A DNA stretch of 64,000 nt from Calditrichaceae bacterium (lineage in GTDB: Bacteria; Calditrichota; Calditrichia; Calditrichales; JBFXGD01), in contig JBFXLE010000024.1 of assembly GCA_050173015.1 (NCBI GenBank), positions 1-64,000 of the forward strand. The letters are read 5' to 3'. The notes under the pieces are model-generated. The model ran no database searches and was not told the DNA's origin. It saw nothing but the letters and a program-made list of their open reading frames with translations. Below are positions 27,107 through 38,230 of the stretch, in pieces. Every line of letters begins with the position of its first letter. Positions within the stretch are counted from its first letter, which is position 1. The position numbers were made by a program, and so were the translations under genes.

Positions 27107-27553
27107 CTACTCGCGGGACTCTAACAGGGTGGAACTATAACAAACCCCGTATGCCGGTTCACTTTCAGCCTGATCAACAACTTTTATACTTACCTGTTCA
27201 ATATTTATAAACAGATTTTCTGCAAAATTTTGAGCAATTTCATTTTTAAGACCGATCACACGTTCTTTTTCCAAGATGATGGTAAGATCAATATTGTTTA
27301 TCTTCCATCCAGCATAATGAATTTTCTTCTCAACCTCACGAAGAAGTTGGGAACTGTCCTTTTCACCTGCTTGCATTGTGTTCATATCACCCAGCGCTGC
27401 AGCTCCCAAAATCGAGTCGGCAACCGCCATGGCCGCGGCATCTCTCAAACAGACAACGTTCGTCGTCTCGCCGGAGAGAAGATCAATCCCACCAATTACA
27501 ATGTTATCATCGTCGTTATTTCTGATTTGAGCATAACCATTACCGATTCTCAA
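27107..27553 (-). CDS. Degenerate IspF (MECDP synthase)-like protein lacking catalytic residues
   Basis: MRIG start, IVIGG, DSILGAAALGD, DSSQLL, NIDLTII, QVSIK match the IspF fold, but DxH, HSD and KATTTE are absent. Confidence 0.8.
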   Translation of the reverse strand: MRIGNGYAQIRNNDDDNIVIGGIDLLSGETTNVVCLRDAAAMAVADSILGAAALGDMNTMQAGEKDSSQLLREVEKKIHYAGWKINNIDLTIILEKERVIGLKNEIAQNFAENLFINIEQVSIKVVDQAESEPAYGVCYSSTLLESRE

Positions 27554-27617
27554 AGAATATCCCCGCTATTAATCAGCTTAATTACTGAGTCGGTTTTTAA
27601 CATTCATCATTCAGGTG

Positions 27618-28649
27618 TTACAGGATCAACATCGCGTCACCGTAACTGTAAAACCGATATTTATCCGCGACCGCCATGTCATATGCGTTCATCATAAGCT
27701 CCTTGCCGGCAAGGGCCGAAACAAGCATAAATAATGTCGATCCGGAAAGATGAAAATTAGTGACAAGTGAATCAATAATTTTAAACTGATAGCCTGGATA
27801 TATGAATTTGTCGGTCCACCCGGATTCGGCTCTTACAAGTTTGTCCGCGTTTGCGGCGGATTCAAGAGCCCTTACCGTTGTAGTGCCAACCGCCACAATT
27901 TTTCCGCCGTTTGTTTTTACCTCATTGATCTGTTCGGCCGATTCTGCGGTAATTTCAAAGAATTCGGAATCCATTTGATGACGGGTGATGTCTTCCACCT
28001 GAATCGGGCGGAACGTTCCCAGACCAACATGCAGGACTACGGGAATTATTTTGACACCTTTTTCTTTAATTTTTTCAAGCAACTCTTCGGTAAAATGCAG
28101 TCCCGCCGTCGGCGCCGCTACCGCTCCAATTTTATTGGCATAAACAGTCTGATATTTTTCACGGTCCACGTCTTCCGCTTCTCTTTTTATGTATGGAGGC
28201 AGTGGTGATTTTCCGACCTCGGTAATCAGATCAAAGAAATCCTGACCGTTATAATCAAACCGGACAACTCGTCCGCCGGAAGTTGTATTATCAATAACAT
28301 CGCACCCAAAATCATCCGTTATCTGAATGCGGTTACCCACTCTTACCTTTCTGGCCGGCTTGACCAGAACTTCCCACATACTCTTTTCAAGTTGTCTTAA
28401 CAATAACAATTCGACCTGAGCATCCGTTTTTTCCTTGGTGCCGAATAATCGTGCCGGAAATACTTTGGTCTCGTTTACCACGAGAGCGTCACCTTCGTTG
28501 AGATATTCGAACAGATCTTTAAATCCTTTGCTGACCGAGGTTCCTTCTTTTCTGTCAACTACCATTAACCGTGATTCATCGCGGTTTTCTAAAGGGTACT
28601 GGGCGATAAGTTCCTCAGGAATGTCAAATTTAAACTCCGATAATTTCAT
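27618..28649 (-). CDS. queA: S-adenosylmethionine:tRNA ribosyltransferase-isomerase
   Basis: LIAQYP, PLPPYIKR, AAPTAGLHFT, LHVGLGTF, YRFYSYGDAM. Confidence 0.97.
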   Translation of the reverse strand: MKLSEFKFDIPEELIAQYPLENRDESRLMVVDRKEGTSVSKGFKDLFEYLNEGDALVVNETKVFPARLFGTKEKTDAQVELLLLRQLEKSMWEVLVKPARKVRVGNRIQITDDFGCDVIDNTTSGGRVVRFDYNGQDFFDLITEVGKSPLPPYIKREAEDVDREKYQTVYANKIGAVAAPTAGLHFTEELLEKIKEKGVKIIPVVLHVGLGTFRPIQVEDITRHQMDSEFFEITAESAEQINEVKTNGGKIVAVGTTTVRALESAANADKLVRAESGWTDKFIYPGYQFKIIDSLVTNFHLSGSTLFMLVSALAGKELMMNAYDMAVADKYRFYSYGDAMLIL

Positions 28650-28676
28650 CTATTACTCCTATTAATCATATTCGCT

Positions 28677-29702
28677 CTAAAAAAGTGAAGCCTGGTTTAA
28701 TGAATCCTTATCATCCGGCTTTTTGCCGAAATGTTCATAAGCAAGAGCCGTTACCACACGACCTCTTGGCGTCCGTTTGATGTAACCCTGCTGAATCAAA
28801 AAAGGTTCACAAACTTCTTCTATGGTATCGCTTTCTTCTCCGACCGCGACTGCTATGGTGTTCAACCCTACCGGCCCACCCTGATATTTTTCAATGATCG
28901 TGAGCAGGATCCGTTTATCCATGTCATCGAGACCATTTTCATCAACATCAAGTCGCGCCAGAGCATGATTCGCGACATCCTTTGTTATTTTGTTATCGGC
29001 AATGATTTGGGCAAAATCCCGCGTCCGTCTTAGAAGACGATTGGCAATTCGGGGTGTTCCGCGTGACCGCCTGGCGATTTCCATCGCCCCTTCATCTTCT
29101 ATTTCAACATTCAGTATTTTTGCCGAACGCTTTATAATTTTAAACAAATCCTCAGGCAGATAATAGTCCAGCCTTAGCACCACTCCGAAACGGGCTCTCA
29201 TGGGCGATGTTAATAATCCGGCTCTGGTGGTTGCTCCGACCAGGGTAAAGGGCGCTAAATTCAACTGAACGGATCTGGCGCTTGGCCCCTTATCGATAAT
29301 GATCGATATATAATAATCTTCCATGGCGGAATAAAGATATTCTTCCACCACGCTGTTCACGCGATGAATTTCATCGATAAACAGGACGTCAAGTTCATTT
29401 AAATTTGTAAGCAATCCCGCGAGATCACCGGCGCGTTCAAGAACAGGTCCCGATGTGGTTTTGATATCAACATTCAGCTCTTTACTGAGAATAATCGCCA
29501 GGGTTGTTTTTCCCAATCCCGGAGGTCCGTATAACAAGACATGATCAAGCGCTTCTCCTCTCTGTTTCGCGGCTTCGATGAATACAGCAAGGTTGTCTTT
29601 CACCTTTTGCTGACCCACAAAATCAGCCAACTTCTGCGGGCGGAGACTGATGTCTATGTCATCATCTTCATCGATTCGATCGGGTCTTATTAACTCATTC
29701 AT
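28677..29702 (-). CDS. ruvB: Holliday junction branch migration helicase
   Basis: [33 protein letters not shown]. Confidence 0.98.
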   Translation of the reverse strand: MNELIRPDRIDEDDDIDISLRPQKLADFVGQQKVKDNLAVFIEAAKQRGEALDHVLLYGPPGLGKTTLAIILSKELNVDIKTTSGPVLERAGDLAGLLTNLNELDVLFIDEIHRVNSVVEEYLYSAMEDYYISIIIDKGPSARSVQLNLAPFTLVGATTRAGLLTSPMRARFGVVLRLDYYLPEDLFKIIKRSAKILNVEIEDEGAMEIARRSRGTPRIANRLLRRTRDFAQIIADNKITKDVANHALARLDVDENGLDDMDKRILLTIIEKYQGGPVGLNTIAVAVGEESDTIEEVCEPFLIQQGYIKRTPRGRVVTALAYEHFGKKPDDKDSLNQASLF

Positions 29703-29713
29703 AATTTATATTT

Positions 29714-30313
29714 TCAAATTGTCTGGAGTGCTTTTTTAATCATTTCTTCAACAGTCAGAATTTTCCCTGCCTTCTGAGCGCGTCCGATTGCCTTTTCCGC
29801 GGAAGGTTTCGGATACCCCAGAGAGACCAGGGCAAGAACTGCTTCGCGTTCGACGGCATTCAATGATGCGGTTTCTTCTTGTCCGGCTTCGGCGTCTTCG
29901 GCAAGAATCATTTTACCGAATTTATCTTTCAGTTCTACGATAAGGCGTTGAGCGGTTTTTTTACCGATTCCGGAGATCGAGCTTAGCGCGTTTTCATCAC
30001 CGTGACGTATGGAAAAGACCAGTTTTTCAGGTGAGAAGCCGGAGAGAATAGTCTGTGCCAGTTTTGGCCCCACTCCCGAGATGGAAAGTAGCCCGAGAAA
30101 TATTTCCCGTTCATTGTTGTCCGCGAATCCGTATAGCTGCATCACATCTTCTCTGACATGCAAATAGCATTTAAGTACCGCCATTTCACCTTCAGCCGGC
30201 AAACGCTGTGAAGTGGATAAACTGATTTTCAGGTGATACCCTAATCCTCCCACATCCACAACCGCATCGGTCGCCCGCTTTACCATGAGTTTTCCGGAGA
30301 TATACTCAAACAT
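29714..30313 (-). CDS. ruvA: Holliday junction branch migration protein
   Basis: VDVGGLGY, HVRED..LYGF, GVGPKLA, GIGKKTAQR. Confidence 0.97.
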   Translation of the reverse strand: MFEYISGKLMVKRATDAVVDVGGLGYHLKISLSTSQRLPAEGEMAVLKCYLHVREDVMQLYGFADNNEREIFLGLLSISGVGPKLAQTILSGFSPEKLVFSIRHGDENALSSISGIGKKTAQRLIVELKDKFGKMILAEDAEAGQEETASLNAVEREAVLALVSLGYPKPSAEKAIGRAQKAGKILTVEEMIKKALQTI

Positions 30314-30319
30314 AGTGAA

Positions 30320-30823
30320 TTACCTGCCCAATTTTTTATCTTTACCGAGTCTGTGCCATTTACATAACGCTACAGCCAGGGCATCGGAAGCATCGTCCGG
30401 TTCTATTTTTTCTTTCACTCCGAGAATATTCCGCACCATAAACTGGACCTGAGATTTAGCGGCGGCGCCATTCCCGACAACGGACATCTTGACTTCACGC
30501 GCCGTATATTCCGTAACATCAACACCGTTATTCATCCCCGCGACAATCGCCGCGCCGCGCGCGTGCCCCATAATGATAGCGGTTTTGACATTCTCAGCAT
30601 AAAAAAGATCTTCAATCGCCATAAAATCCGGCTGATGCTCATTAATCACATCATTTAATTTGCTGTATATTTGGTGCAGCCTTTCGGACAGACTTTTTCT
30701 GGCGTTTGTTCGAATATGTCCATACGTAAATAGCTGAGGATTTTCATTCTCAGCTATTTCTATCATTCCATACCCGGTGATGTTTAATCCGGGATCAACA
30801 CCCAAAATTTTTATTCTTGACAT
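30320..30823 (-). CDS. ruvC: Holliday junction resolvase
   Basis: ILGVDPGL..TGYG, GHARG, DDASDALAVA. Confidence 0.97.
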   Translation of the reverse strand: MSRIKILGVDPGLNITGYGMIEIAENENPQLFTYGHIRTNARKSLSERLHQIYSKLNDVINEHQPDFMAIEDLFYAENVKTAIIMGHARGAAIVAGMNNGVDVTEYTAREVKMSVVGNGAAAKSQVQFMVRNILGVKEKIEPDDASDALAVALCKWHRLGKDKKLGR

Positions 30824-31576
30824 TTACTCATCCAGAATCCGCTCTAATTCGGAATCCTCAATATCAAAATTTGCAAACACATTCTGTACATCATCGTGTT
30901 CGTCCAATATATCCATTAGTTTCATCATCTGCTCGGCAGGTTTACCTTCCAGGTTGACCGTGGTTTGCGGGATCATACTAATCTGCGCTTCTTCAATGAG
31001 GATACTCTTTTCTTCAAGCAGAGTTCTAATCTGATTGAAATCTTCATAAGAGGTATAGATGTTATAATATTCTTCATCTGTGGTCATATCTTCACCGCCG
31101 CATTCCAGAACCAGCTCCATGAGCTCTTCTTCCGCATAGTTTTCACTTGGAACGGTGATCAACCCCTTCCGGTCAAACATCCAGGCCACACTGCCTGATT
31201 CACCCAGATTGCCGCCGTACTTGCTTAAAAGATGACGGATTTCAGCCACGGTGCGATTTTTATTGTCGGTTACCGCAGAAATGTAAAGCGCGACGCCTCC
31301 GGGTCCATACCCCTCATATACCATATCTTCATAGACAACGCCCGGCATTTCGCCCGTTCCTTTTTTTATGGCATTGTCAATGTTTTTCGCCGGCATATTT
31401 GCCGCTTTCGCGGCGGCGAGCGCTGAGCGTAACCGTGGATTCGCTTCGGGATCCCCTCCGCCCATTCTTGCAGATACTGTTAATTCTTTAATAATCTTTG
31501 TAAAAACTCTGCCCCTTGCAGCATCAATTTTTGCTTTTTTATGTTTAATTGAATGCCATTTGGAGTGACCTGACAT
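30824..31576 (-). CDS. yebC: YebC/PmpR family protein
   Basis: MSGHSKW, YEGYGPGGVA, TDNKNRT, DDVQNVFANF. Confidence 0.96.
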   Translation of the reverse strand: MSGHSKWHSIKHKKAKIDAARGRVFTKIIKELTVSARMGGGDPEANPRLRSALAAAKAANMPAKNIDNAIKKGTGEMPGVVYEDMVYEGYGPGGVALYISAVTDNKNRTVAEIRHLLSKYGGNLGESGSVAWMFDRKGLITVPSENYAEEELMELVLECGGEDMTTDEEYYNIYTSYEDFNQIRTLLEEKSILIEEAQISMIPQTTVNLEGKPAEQMMKLMDILDEHDDVQNVFANFDIEDSELERILDE

Positions 31577-31897
31577 ATATTTCCTCCTAAATATTACAGA
31601 ATATGAATTTAATAAAATTACTTCGGGTTTTCAAAAATATTTAGGGGGGTATCATACAGGAAAACAGAAGCATCCCCGGGTGGATTTTTTTGCTGATATA
31701 AAAAGCGGCTTTTTAGAAGATATTTTCTGCTCTAAAAATTTTGAGCATTCCGGAATTTACTTATACAGATGTCTGAAAAGGATTATATACCTGGAAAACC
31801 GTATGGCCCTTTATTCATAACTGAACCGGGTGTTTCCGGTCTTTTATGAACACAAAATATTAATATTTTTATTGATTTTATTCGCGGCAGATGCGTT

Positions 31898-32833
31898 TCA
31901 ATCCTGCTTTACCCTACCCTTAAAATACTCAATCGTTTTTATCAGACCATCAGCCAGATCTATTTTTGGCTCCCAGCCCAGTTTTTCCTTCGCGAGTCTG
32001 ATATCAGGCTGACGCTGTGATGGATCATCCGGGGGTAAGGCCAGTTTGATAATTTTCGAACCGGAACCGGTCATTTGTATCACTTTTTCGGCAAGGGAGA
32101 ATATTGTGAATTCATCCGGGTTGCCAATATTTACCGGTCCAATAAAATTTTCTTTATCCATCATCCTCCGCACACCTTCTACCAGATCATCAATATACTG
32201 AAAGGAACGTGTCTGACTGCCGTCACCATATACAGTGATATTCTCATTTTTTAATGCCTGAATGATAAAATTACTAACCACTCGTCCGTCGTTCAACGCC
32301 ATACGTGGTCCATATGTGTTAAAAATACGTATAATTTTGATATCCACCTTATTTTGCCGGTAGTAATCCATCATAAGAGTTTCCGCCACACGCTTGCCTT
32401 CGTCATAACAACTTCGGATGCCGATCGGATTTACATTTCCCCAGTAATCTTCCTTTTGCGGATGAATAACCGGGTCACCATACACTTCTGATGTGCTCGC
32501 CAAAAGAATTCGGGCATGTACTCTTTTTGCAAGCCCGAGCATATTGATCGTTCCCATAACGCTGGTTTTTGTGGTTTTAACCGGATTATACTGATAATGA
32601 ACGGGAGAAGCCGGACATGCGAAATGATAGATCTGGTCTACTTCAAGAAGGATTGGTTCAATAATATCGTGCCTTACCAACTCAAAATTAGTATAATCTC
32701 TGAGGTGCTCGATATTTTTTTTGCTGCCAGTGAAAAAATTATCCAGACAGATGACATCATGTCCTTCCCGTACCAACCGGTCGCAAAGGTGTGATCCGAT
32801 AAAACCCGCTCCGCCCGTAACTAAACTCCGCAC
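31898..32833 (-). CDS. UDP-glucuronate decarboxylase family (extended SDR)
   Basis: [40 protein letters not shown]. Confidence 0.92.
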   Translation of the reverse strand: MRSLVTGGAGFIGSHLCDRLVREGHDVICLDNFFTGSKKNIEHLRDYTNFELVRHDIIEPILLEVDQIYHFACPASPVHYQYNPVKTTKTSVMGTINMLGLAKRVHARILLASTSEVYGDPVIHPQKEDYWGNVNPIGIRSCYDEGKRVAETLMMDYYRQNKVDIKIIRIFNTYGPRMALNDGRVVSNFIIQALKNENITVYGDGSQTRSFQYIDDLVEGVRRMMDKENFIGPVNIGNPDEFTIFSLAEKVIQMTGSGSKIIKLALPPDDPSQRQPDIRLAKEKLGWEPKIDLADGLIKTIEYFKGRVKQD

Positions 32834-32927
32834 ACTGCCTCCAAGTAGTTTTCGATATACTCATCGCTAATTTTACTATGAACACCGTTCTAATTATCGT
32901 AATCCACATAATAATCATTAACAATAA

Positions 32928-34130
32928 TCAGCAAACTTTCACTTTTCGTAACGCCTGTGACAAATCTTCTATAAGATCACTCGGATCTTCAATTCCCACG
33001 GAAAGTCGGACAAGACTCTCGGAAATACCGACTTCTTTCAATTCATCCGCGGAATAGGTTGAATGCGTCATGGATGCCGGATGTTCGATAAGTGAATCCA
33101 CATCACCAAGACTGACCGCGAGTGTAAAAAGTTCAACAGAGTTCATTAGAAGTTCACCTGCTTTTCTGCCGCCTTTTATCTCAAAACTAACCATCCCGCC
33201 AAATCCGCTCATCTGTTTTTTTGCGATTTCATACTGCGGATGTGTAGTTAATCCCGGGAACCAGACACGTTCTACCTTTGGATGAAACTGTAAAAATTTA
33301 GCCACCAGAAATGCGTTATGCTGATGCCTTTCCATACGTATGGCCAGCGTTTTTAATCCTCGTACAAGCAGCCAGGCGTTAAGCGGACTGATAATTCCGC
33401 CAAAATCCCTGAGATACTTCGCCCGCAGCTCGTCAATATATTCCTTTTTTCCGACAACCACACCTGCTACTGTATCACCATGCCCGCCGATGTATTTTGT
33501 TGCTGAATGAACGGCAATGTCCGCGCCCAGCTCAAGCGGCCGCTGAAAGTATGGGGTTGGAAAGGTATTGTCCACCACAACCGGAATATGATGTTTCCTG
33601 GCAATTTTCACTACTTCCGCGATATCTATAACGGTCAGAGTCGGATTCGCCGGAGTTTCAATATAGATCAGCCTCGTTTTTTCATCGATGGCTTCAGCGA
33701 TGTTTTCCAACTTTAACGCGTTCACTTCCCTGGCGTCTATTGCATATCTCGGAAGTGTTTCCTTAAATAAGTTATGCGTACCGCCATATAAAGTATCAGA
33801 TGACACAAAATTGTCCCCTGCCTCGCATAGGGATAAAATGATACCGCTGATAGCCGCCATTCCTGATCCGAAAGCAAGCGCCGCTTCCCCTCCTTCCAGA
33901 AAAGCCATTTCCTTTTCAAACGCGCCCTGGGTAGGATTCGCGATACGGGTATAAACATATCCTTCTTTTTCTCCGGAAAAAATTTCCGCGCCGGCCTTCG
34001 CGTTTTCAAATGCGAATGTCGATGTCTGATAAATAGGAATTCCCACAGCCCCGGTTAACGGATCAATACCACCCGAACCGTGAACGCATAAGGTCGCAAA
34101 ATGTGCCTTTTTCATGTTGGCTTTACTCAT
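32928..34130 (-). CDS. Methionine gamma-lyase / Cys-Met metabolism PLP enzyme
   Basis: PIYQTSTF, YVYTRIANPT, ETPANPT, HSATKYIGGHGD, IEHPASMTHS. Confidence 0.9.
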   Translation of the reverse strand: MSKANMKKAHFATLCVHGSGGIDPLTGAVGIPIYQTSTFAFENAKAGAEIFSGEKEGYVYTRIANPTQGAFEKEMAFLEGGEAALAFGSGMAAISGIILSLCEAGDNFVSSDTLYGGTHNLFKETLPRYAIDAREVNALKLENIAEAIDEKTRLIYIETPANPTLTVIDIAEVVKIARKHHIPVVVDNTFPTPYFQRPLELGADIAVHSATKYIGGHGDTVAGVVVGKKEYIDELRAKYLRDFGGIISPLNAWLLVRGLKTLAIRMERHQHNAFLVAKFLQFHPKVERVWFPGLTTHPQYEIAKKQMSGFGGMVSFEIKGGRKAGELLMNSVELFTLAVSLGDVDSLIEHPASMTHSTYSADELKEVGISESLVRLSVGIEDPSDLIEDLSQALRKVKVC

Positions 34131-34397
34131 TCTCTCTCCCCATCAGATATTTAAATATGTGCATTCCATGCTAATATTAATCTATTTATAAGATAGTACA
34201 AACTCTACTGTCGAGAACACCGGTATTGATGAGATGACAAATAATTAAAATTATTTTTATACGATTGAATAGTCATAAAACATCAAATTAAATTTAGAAC
34301 TTGCGTCATTTAAAATCAAGATTAAAAGTAGTAATTTGGACGTTCAAAAAAGCCGGGTCCGTCTTCATTTACGGCATCAAATGTGACAAAAATTCTC

Positions 34398-35726
34398 TCA
34401 AGGCATAAGGAATAAATCATAGATTACCGGTGATCGGTTTTGTGAAGCGGTGGTTAACTTCAGTTTGATTCTGAAATCAGTATCTTCAGGAATATTTAGT
34501 GGTATAATACTTTTGGCGGCGCCCCTTCGCAATCTTACGACATTACTGAAAGGACTCTTCAAACGCGTGATCAGTTTTTCATTTTCTCCAACGATATCTA
34601 TCAAGACAGAAGTTTCGGGTGGAGTATCAAAATGAAGTTCTAAATTTTTGTAACTTCCTCGGATCAGAGGTGAACTCCACTCCCCTTCCTTTTCAAAAAC
34701 CGCGTCAGCCACCGCCTCGCCAATTCTCCAGGTGGAGCCGTTCTGGCCGCAATAGAAAAGATGCAATTTCCCGTCAAAAAAGGAAATATTCGGCCTCATT
34801 AGTCGGCTGCCTTCCCAGCGTTCGGACGGAATAAGTACATCCCGCACATTCTTCCAATCGGTTCCGTCCACTGATTCAGCCATACATATTTTTGTTTTTA
34901 GTCCGTTTTCTATGTACAACCTGGTGAAAAACATCCGGTATCTCTGTCCGTCAAATATAACATCAGGGGCAATTACGCCGGGAGCGATCTCAAACACGGG
35001 CTGATCATTATCTCTTTTCCATTGAATTCCGTCCATCGATACAGCCTGTCCGATTCCTGTGAACAGATTGCCGAATCCTGTGTACCACATTCTGAATAAT
35101 TTTTGATCCGGCAGATAAACAACATCCGCGTAGGCATTTCCGGCAAAATCCCATGATTCATCCGTTAATTCCAAAACCGGATGGCCGCCCTGATGAATCC
35201 ATTTTCCTGATGTTAATTTTTCCGCCGCTCCAATTTGGTAGCCCAATTCAGAATCACTGTCATTTCCGCTATAGTACATGAGAATGCGGTTACCGGTATT
35301 CACAACCGAAGGAGCGACCGAATGATACGCATCCCAATCATTGCCGCTCATGATATTCAGGCTGTTTCTTTTCTGCCAATACCAGCCTGACGAATCCAAT
35401 ACCGCGTATCCGATTCTGTACCCCGAATGATTATCGCCATCATAGTACATCATCACCGAATCCGCTGTGACCAGCACGAATGGATCGGCAGCATCTTGTC
35501 CATCCCAATTTTGATGTGAAATATCGAGTACGGGGTTTTTGTAAATTTTATAAAATGGGCTGTAATCGAATTTTAACAACATAAGCGGATAAAATGAGGA
35601 ATAATCTACCAGAGCGGATGACGTTTGGTCTTCAAAATTTAAACGGGTTTGAGCGTTAAGCTGTCTGAAAGCAGGATGAACCAGAAAAATTATGAGCCAT
35701 AACACCAACAGATTATTCTTTGTCAC
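34398..35726 (-). CDS. Exported protein with five-bladed beta-propeller (GH32/43/130-like) repeats
   Basis: Signal peptide; repeated 'NPVL..WD..P.V..MYY.G..IG.A.S.DG..W' blades. Confidence 0.7.
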   Translation of the reverse strand: MTKNNLLVLWLIIFLVHPAFRQLNAQTRLNFEDQTSSALVDYSSFYPLMLLKFDYSPFYKIYKNPVLDISHQNWDGQDAADPFVLVTADSVMMYYDGDNHSGYRIGYAVLDSSGWYWQKRNSLNIMSGNDWDAYHSVAPSVVNTGNRILMYYSGNDSDSELGYQIGAAEKLTSGKWIHQGGHPVLELTDESWDFAGNAYADVVYLPDQKLFRMWYTGFGNLFTGIGQAVSMDGIQWKRDNDQPVFEIAPGVIAPDVIFDGQRYRMFFTRLYIENGLKTKICMAESVDGTDWKNVRDVLIPSERWEGSRLMRPNISFFDGKLHLFYCGQNGSTWRIGEAVADAVFEKEGEWSSPLIRGSYKNLELHFDTPPETSVLIDIVGENEKLITRLKSPFSNVVRLRRGAAKSIIPLNIPEDTDFRIKLKLTTASQNRSPVIYDLFLMP

Positions 35727-35754
35727 AATCTATTAAAATCCTTTTCTTACGGAA

Positions 35755-36963
35755 CTATCGCCGTTTGCGAATCAGTTTTGCCTGTAAAACTTTTTTTGGG
35801 TTGGCCTTTGTTATTTCGATACGGTACTTCTTAAAATCCATTTTTTCATTAATTTCGGGAATATGCCCCATTTTTTCCAGGATATATCCCGCGAATGTTT
35901 CATATTCACCATCAGGGAACTTAATTTTTACTATATCGCTGAGTTCTTCGATATCGATTCGCGTGTCAACGATCCATGAGTGATCATTTAACGCCCTGAT
36001 CTTCGGCCGCCGTTCAAACAGTTCTTCAAACTCTCCAAACACTACTTCTATCAGATCATCCATCGTTACCAGACCCTCGGTTCCTCCGTATTCATCTATA
36101 ACGACCGCGAGGGTAATATTTTGCTCCTGAAATTCACGAAGCAGTTCCGCGCATGATTTTGTCTCCGGGACATAATGAATGGGTTGAATAATTTCAGCGA
36201 TATTTTCCCGTTCATCCAGCATGTCAAATATAAAAATGACACCGGTAATATCATCAACCGTCTTACGATACACCGGTATTTTATTTTTTCCGCTTTTAAT
36301 CATTAAATCATGTAAACCATCCCATGAAATATTTTCCGGCGCCGCTATAATCTCTGTTCTGGGAGTCATTGCTTCCCGAACTCTCGAGCTTGAAAAATCC
36401 AGTATATTAGATAATAATTTTTGATCGGCCTTTTCAACAAACGCGGCTTTATGGCCTTCCAGAAGCAGCATTTCCAACTCTTCTCTGGAAAAAAAACTGG
36501 CGACGTTTTCATGTTTGATTTTTAAAAACCTGAGAATTAATTCAATTAATTTGTTTACAATTTTTACAAACGGGTTAAAAAGGATATAAAAAATATGGAC
36601 GGTGAACATAACACGCAGCACAATAAGATCGGCGATAGTCCGAAAATAATTCTTTGGAAATATCTCGCCAAAAAACAGCACTACTATTGTAATAATCAAC
36701 CAGGCCAGGGTTTCATCGAGATATGACAGTAAAAAAACAGTCGCGAATGTTGAATAGAGGATATTGGCTACATTGTTTCCAATTAATATTGTGGCAAAAA
36801 AGTGCTCCGGATGTTTCACATATCGCGCGGTATAGTCAACAAATTTCAGCTTTTGCTTTTTCCAGACTTCAAGCCGCATTTTATCGAATCCGGTGTAAGT
36901 CGCTTCCGCCCCCGCAAAAAAAATTGACAGCAAAAGGCCGATTACCGTAAGATAAATTTCCAC
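35755..36963 (-). CDS. CNNM/HlyC-CorC family transporter (hemolysin-like)
   Basis: TILIGNNVAN, FFGEIFPK, VREAMTPR, VIDEYGGTEGLVT. Confidence 0.92.
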   Translation of the reverse strand: MEIYLTVIGLLLSIFFAGAEATYTGFDKMRLEVWKKQKLKFVDYTARYVKHPEHFFATILIGNNVANILYSTFATVFLLSYLDETLAWLIITIVVLFFGEIFPKNYFRTIADLIVLRVMFTVHIFYILFNPFVKIVNKLIELILRFLKIKHENVASFFSREELEMLLLEGHKAAFVEKADQKLLSNILDFSSSRVREAMTPRTEIIAAPENISWDGLHDLMIKSGKNKIPVYRKTVDDITGVIFIFDMLDERENIAEIIQPIHYVPETKSCAELLREFQEQNITLAVVIDEYGGTEGLVTMDDLIEVVFGEFEELFERRPKIRALNDHSWIVDTRIDIEELSDIVKIKFPDGEYETFAGYILEKMGHIPEINEKMDFKKYRIEITKANPKKVLQAKLIRKRR

Positions 36964-37154
36964 TAATATTTCCGTTCAGTCTTGTATCAGATCAATTGAG
37001 TTTATTATTATTTTTTTCAATTTAAGCTTCGAAAAGGCATTTGCAAATATAATCGGCGGCACATAATTTATCATTAATTCAATATTTTTGAAAGCCCTTT
37101 AAAGTGATCCGATTGACTAATAAAGCATTCACCTGATTACTGCGCTGATGAGCA

Positions 37155-37601
37155 TCATTTGTGTTTATTTTTTTTTTTACGCGTATGGGATTTCAAAACC
37201 AATTCGCGTGTCCTATCGAGATGCTCTTTCATCGTTCGCCGAATAGCATCGATAAGACATCTGCTGTCAAACGGCTTCTGCAATACTTCATAGGCGCCAA
37301 GTTCCATTGCCTCCATCGCCATGTTTTCAAGCCCGAATCCGGAAAGCACGACCACAGGGATATTAAACTTATTTGCTTTGATCTCTTTCATGAGAGAAAT
37401 ACCGTCCATCTGAGGCATTTGAATATCAGACAAGATTATATCGAAGGATTCAGAGGTCAGTTTATGAAGCGCGATTCTTCCGTTACCGACGCATTCAACA
37501 TCCATCTTTTCTTTATTTAGAAACAGTCGAACCATTCTTTGTACATTAGGATCATCGTCCACCAGAAGAATTCGCACTTGTTTTTCTAAGGCTTTTTTCA
37601 C
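37155..37601 (-). CDS. Single-domain response regulator
   Basis: ILLVDDD, ILSDIQMPQMDG, VVVLSG, LQKPF. Confidence 0.9.
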   Translation of the reverse strand: MKKALEKQVRILLVDDDPNVQRMVRLFLNKEKMDVECVGNGRIALHKLTSESFDIILSDIQMPQMDGISLMKEIKANKFNIPVVVLSGFGLENMAMEAMELGAYEVLQKPFDSRCLIDAIRRTMKEHLDRTRELVLKSHTRKKKNKHK

Positions 37602-37620
37602 TCATCTCCCCAAATCACCA

Positions 37621-38229
37621 TCAAAGTACCAGGCCGGCAAGAAATTTATCAAGATCCGTAAAAAATTTAGAGAGCGGAAAACCAACAACATTAAAAAAAC
37701 ATCCGTTTATTTTTTCTACAAGAATTGAACCCTGTCCCTGAATGGCATAGGCGCCCGCCTTATCAAAAGGTTCCCCGGTGTTGATATACTCCCAAATTTC
37801 TTCTTCTGTTAGCTCTCTGAAAGTGACTTCAGTTTCAACAGTGTCATAAAAAGATTTATCATATCTCTTAAATGCCAGACCGAAAGCGGTACAAACTTTA
37901 TGTGTCTTGCCGCTCAAAGCGGAGATCATTCTGTATGCATCATCTTCATTGACCGGTTTGCCCATCATAATTCCATCGAGTATAACAATAGTATCCGCTG
38001 ATATGATTAAAGAATTCGGATGCTTCTCAGTCACCGCGCAAGCCTTTTTTCTGGCGTTCTCAAGCGCATAACTCACCGGATCCAGATTTTCATCGTTTGA
38101 TTCATTTGCTCCACTGGCCACAATTTTAAATTCAAGACCGATTGTTTTTAGAAGCTCATATCTCCGGGGGGAAGTGGATGCCAAAATCACATCGACTTTG
38201 TCAAGATTTTCAATTAATGAAAATATCAT
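37621..38229 (-). CDS. maf: Maf family nucleoside triphosphate pyrophosphatase
   Basis: ILASTSPRR, ADTIV, DKAGAYAIQG, NVVGFP. Confidence 0.94.
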   Translation of the reverse strand: MIFSLIENLDKVDVILASTSPRRYELLKTIGLEFKIVASGANESNDENLDPVSYALENARKKACAVTEKHPNSLIISADTIVILDGIMMGKPVNEDDAYRMISALSGKTHKVCTAFGLAFKRYDKSFYDTVETEVTFRELTEEEIWEYINTGEPFDKAGAYAIQGQGSILVEKINGCFFNVVGFPLSKFFTDLDKFLAGLVL

Positions 38230-38230
38230 T

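Noticed and set aside
34131-34397. SAM riboswitch upstream of the methionine gamma-lyase
   Set aside because: No SAM-I core (AUC...GAGGGA...GCAACC...GAU) recognisable; AT-rich spacer only
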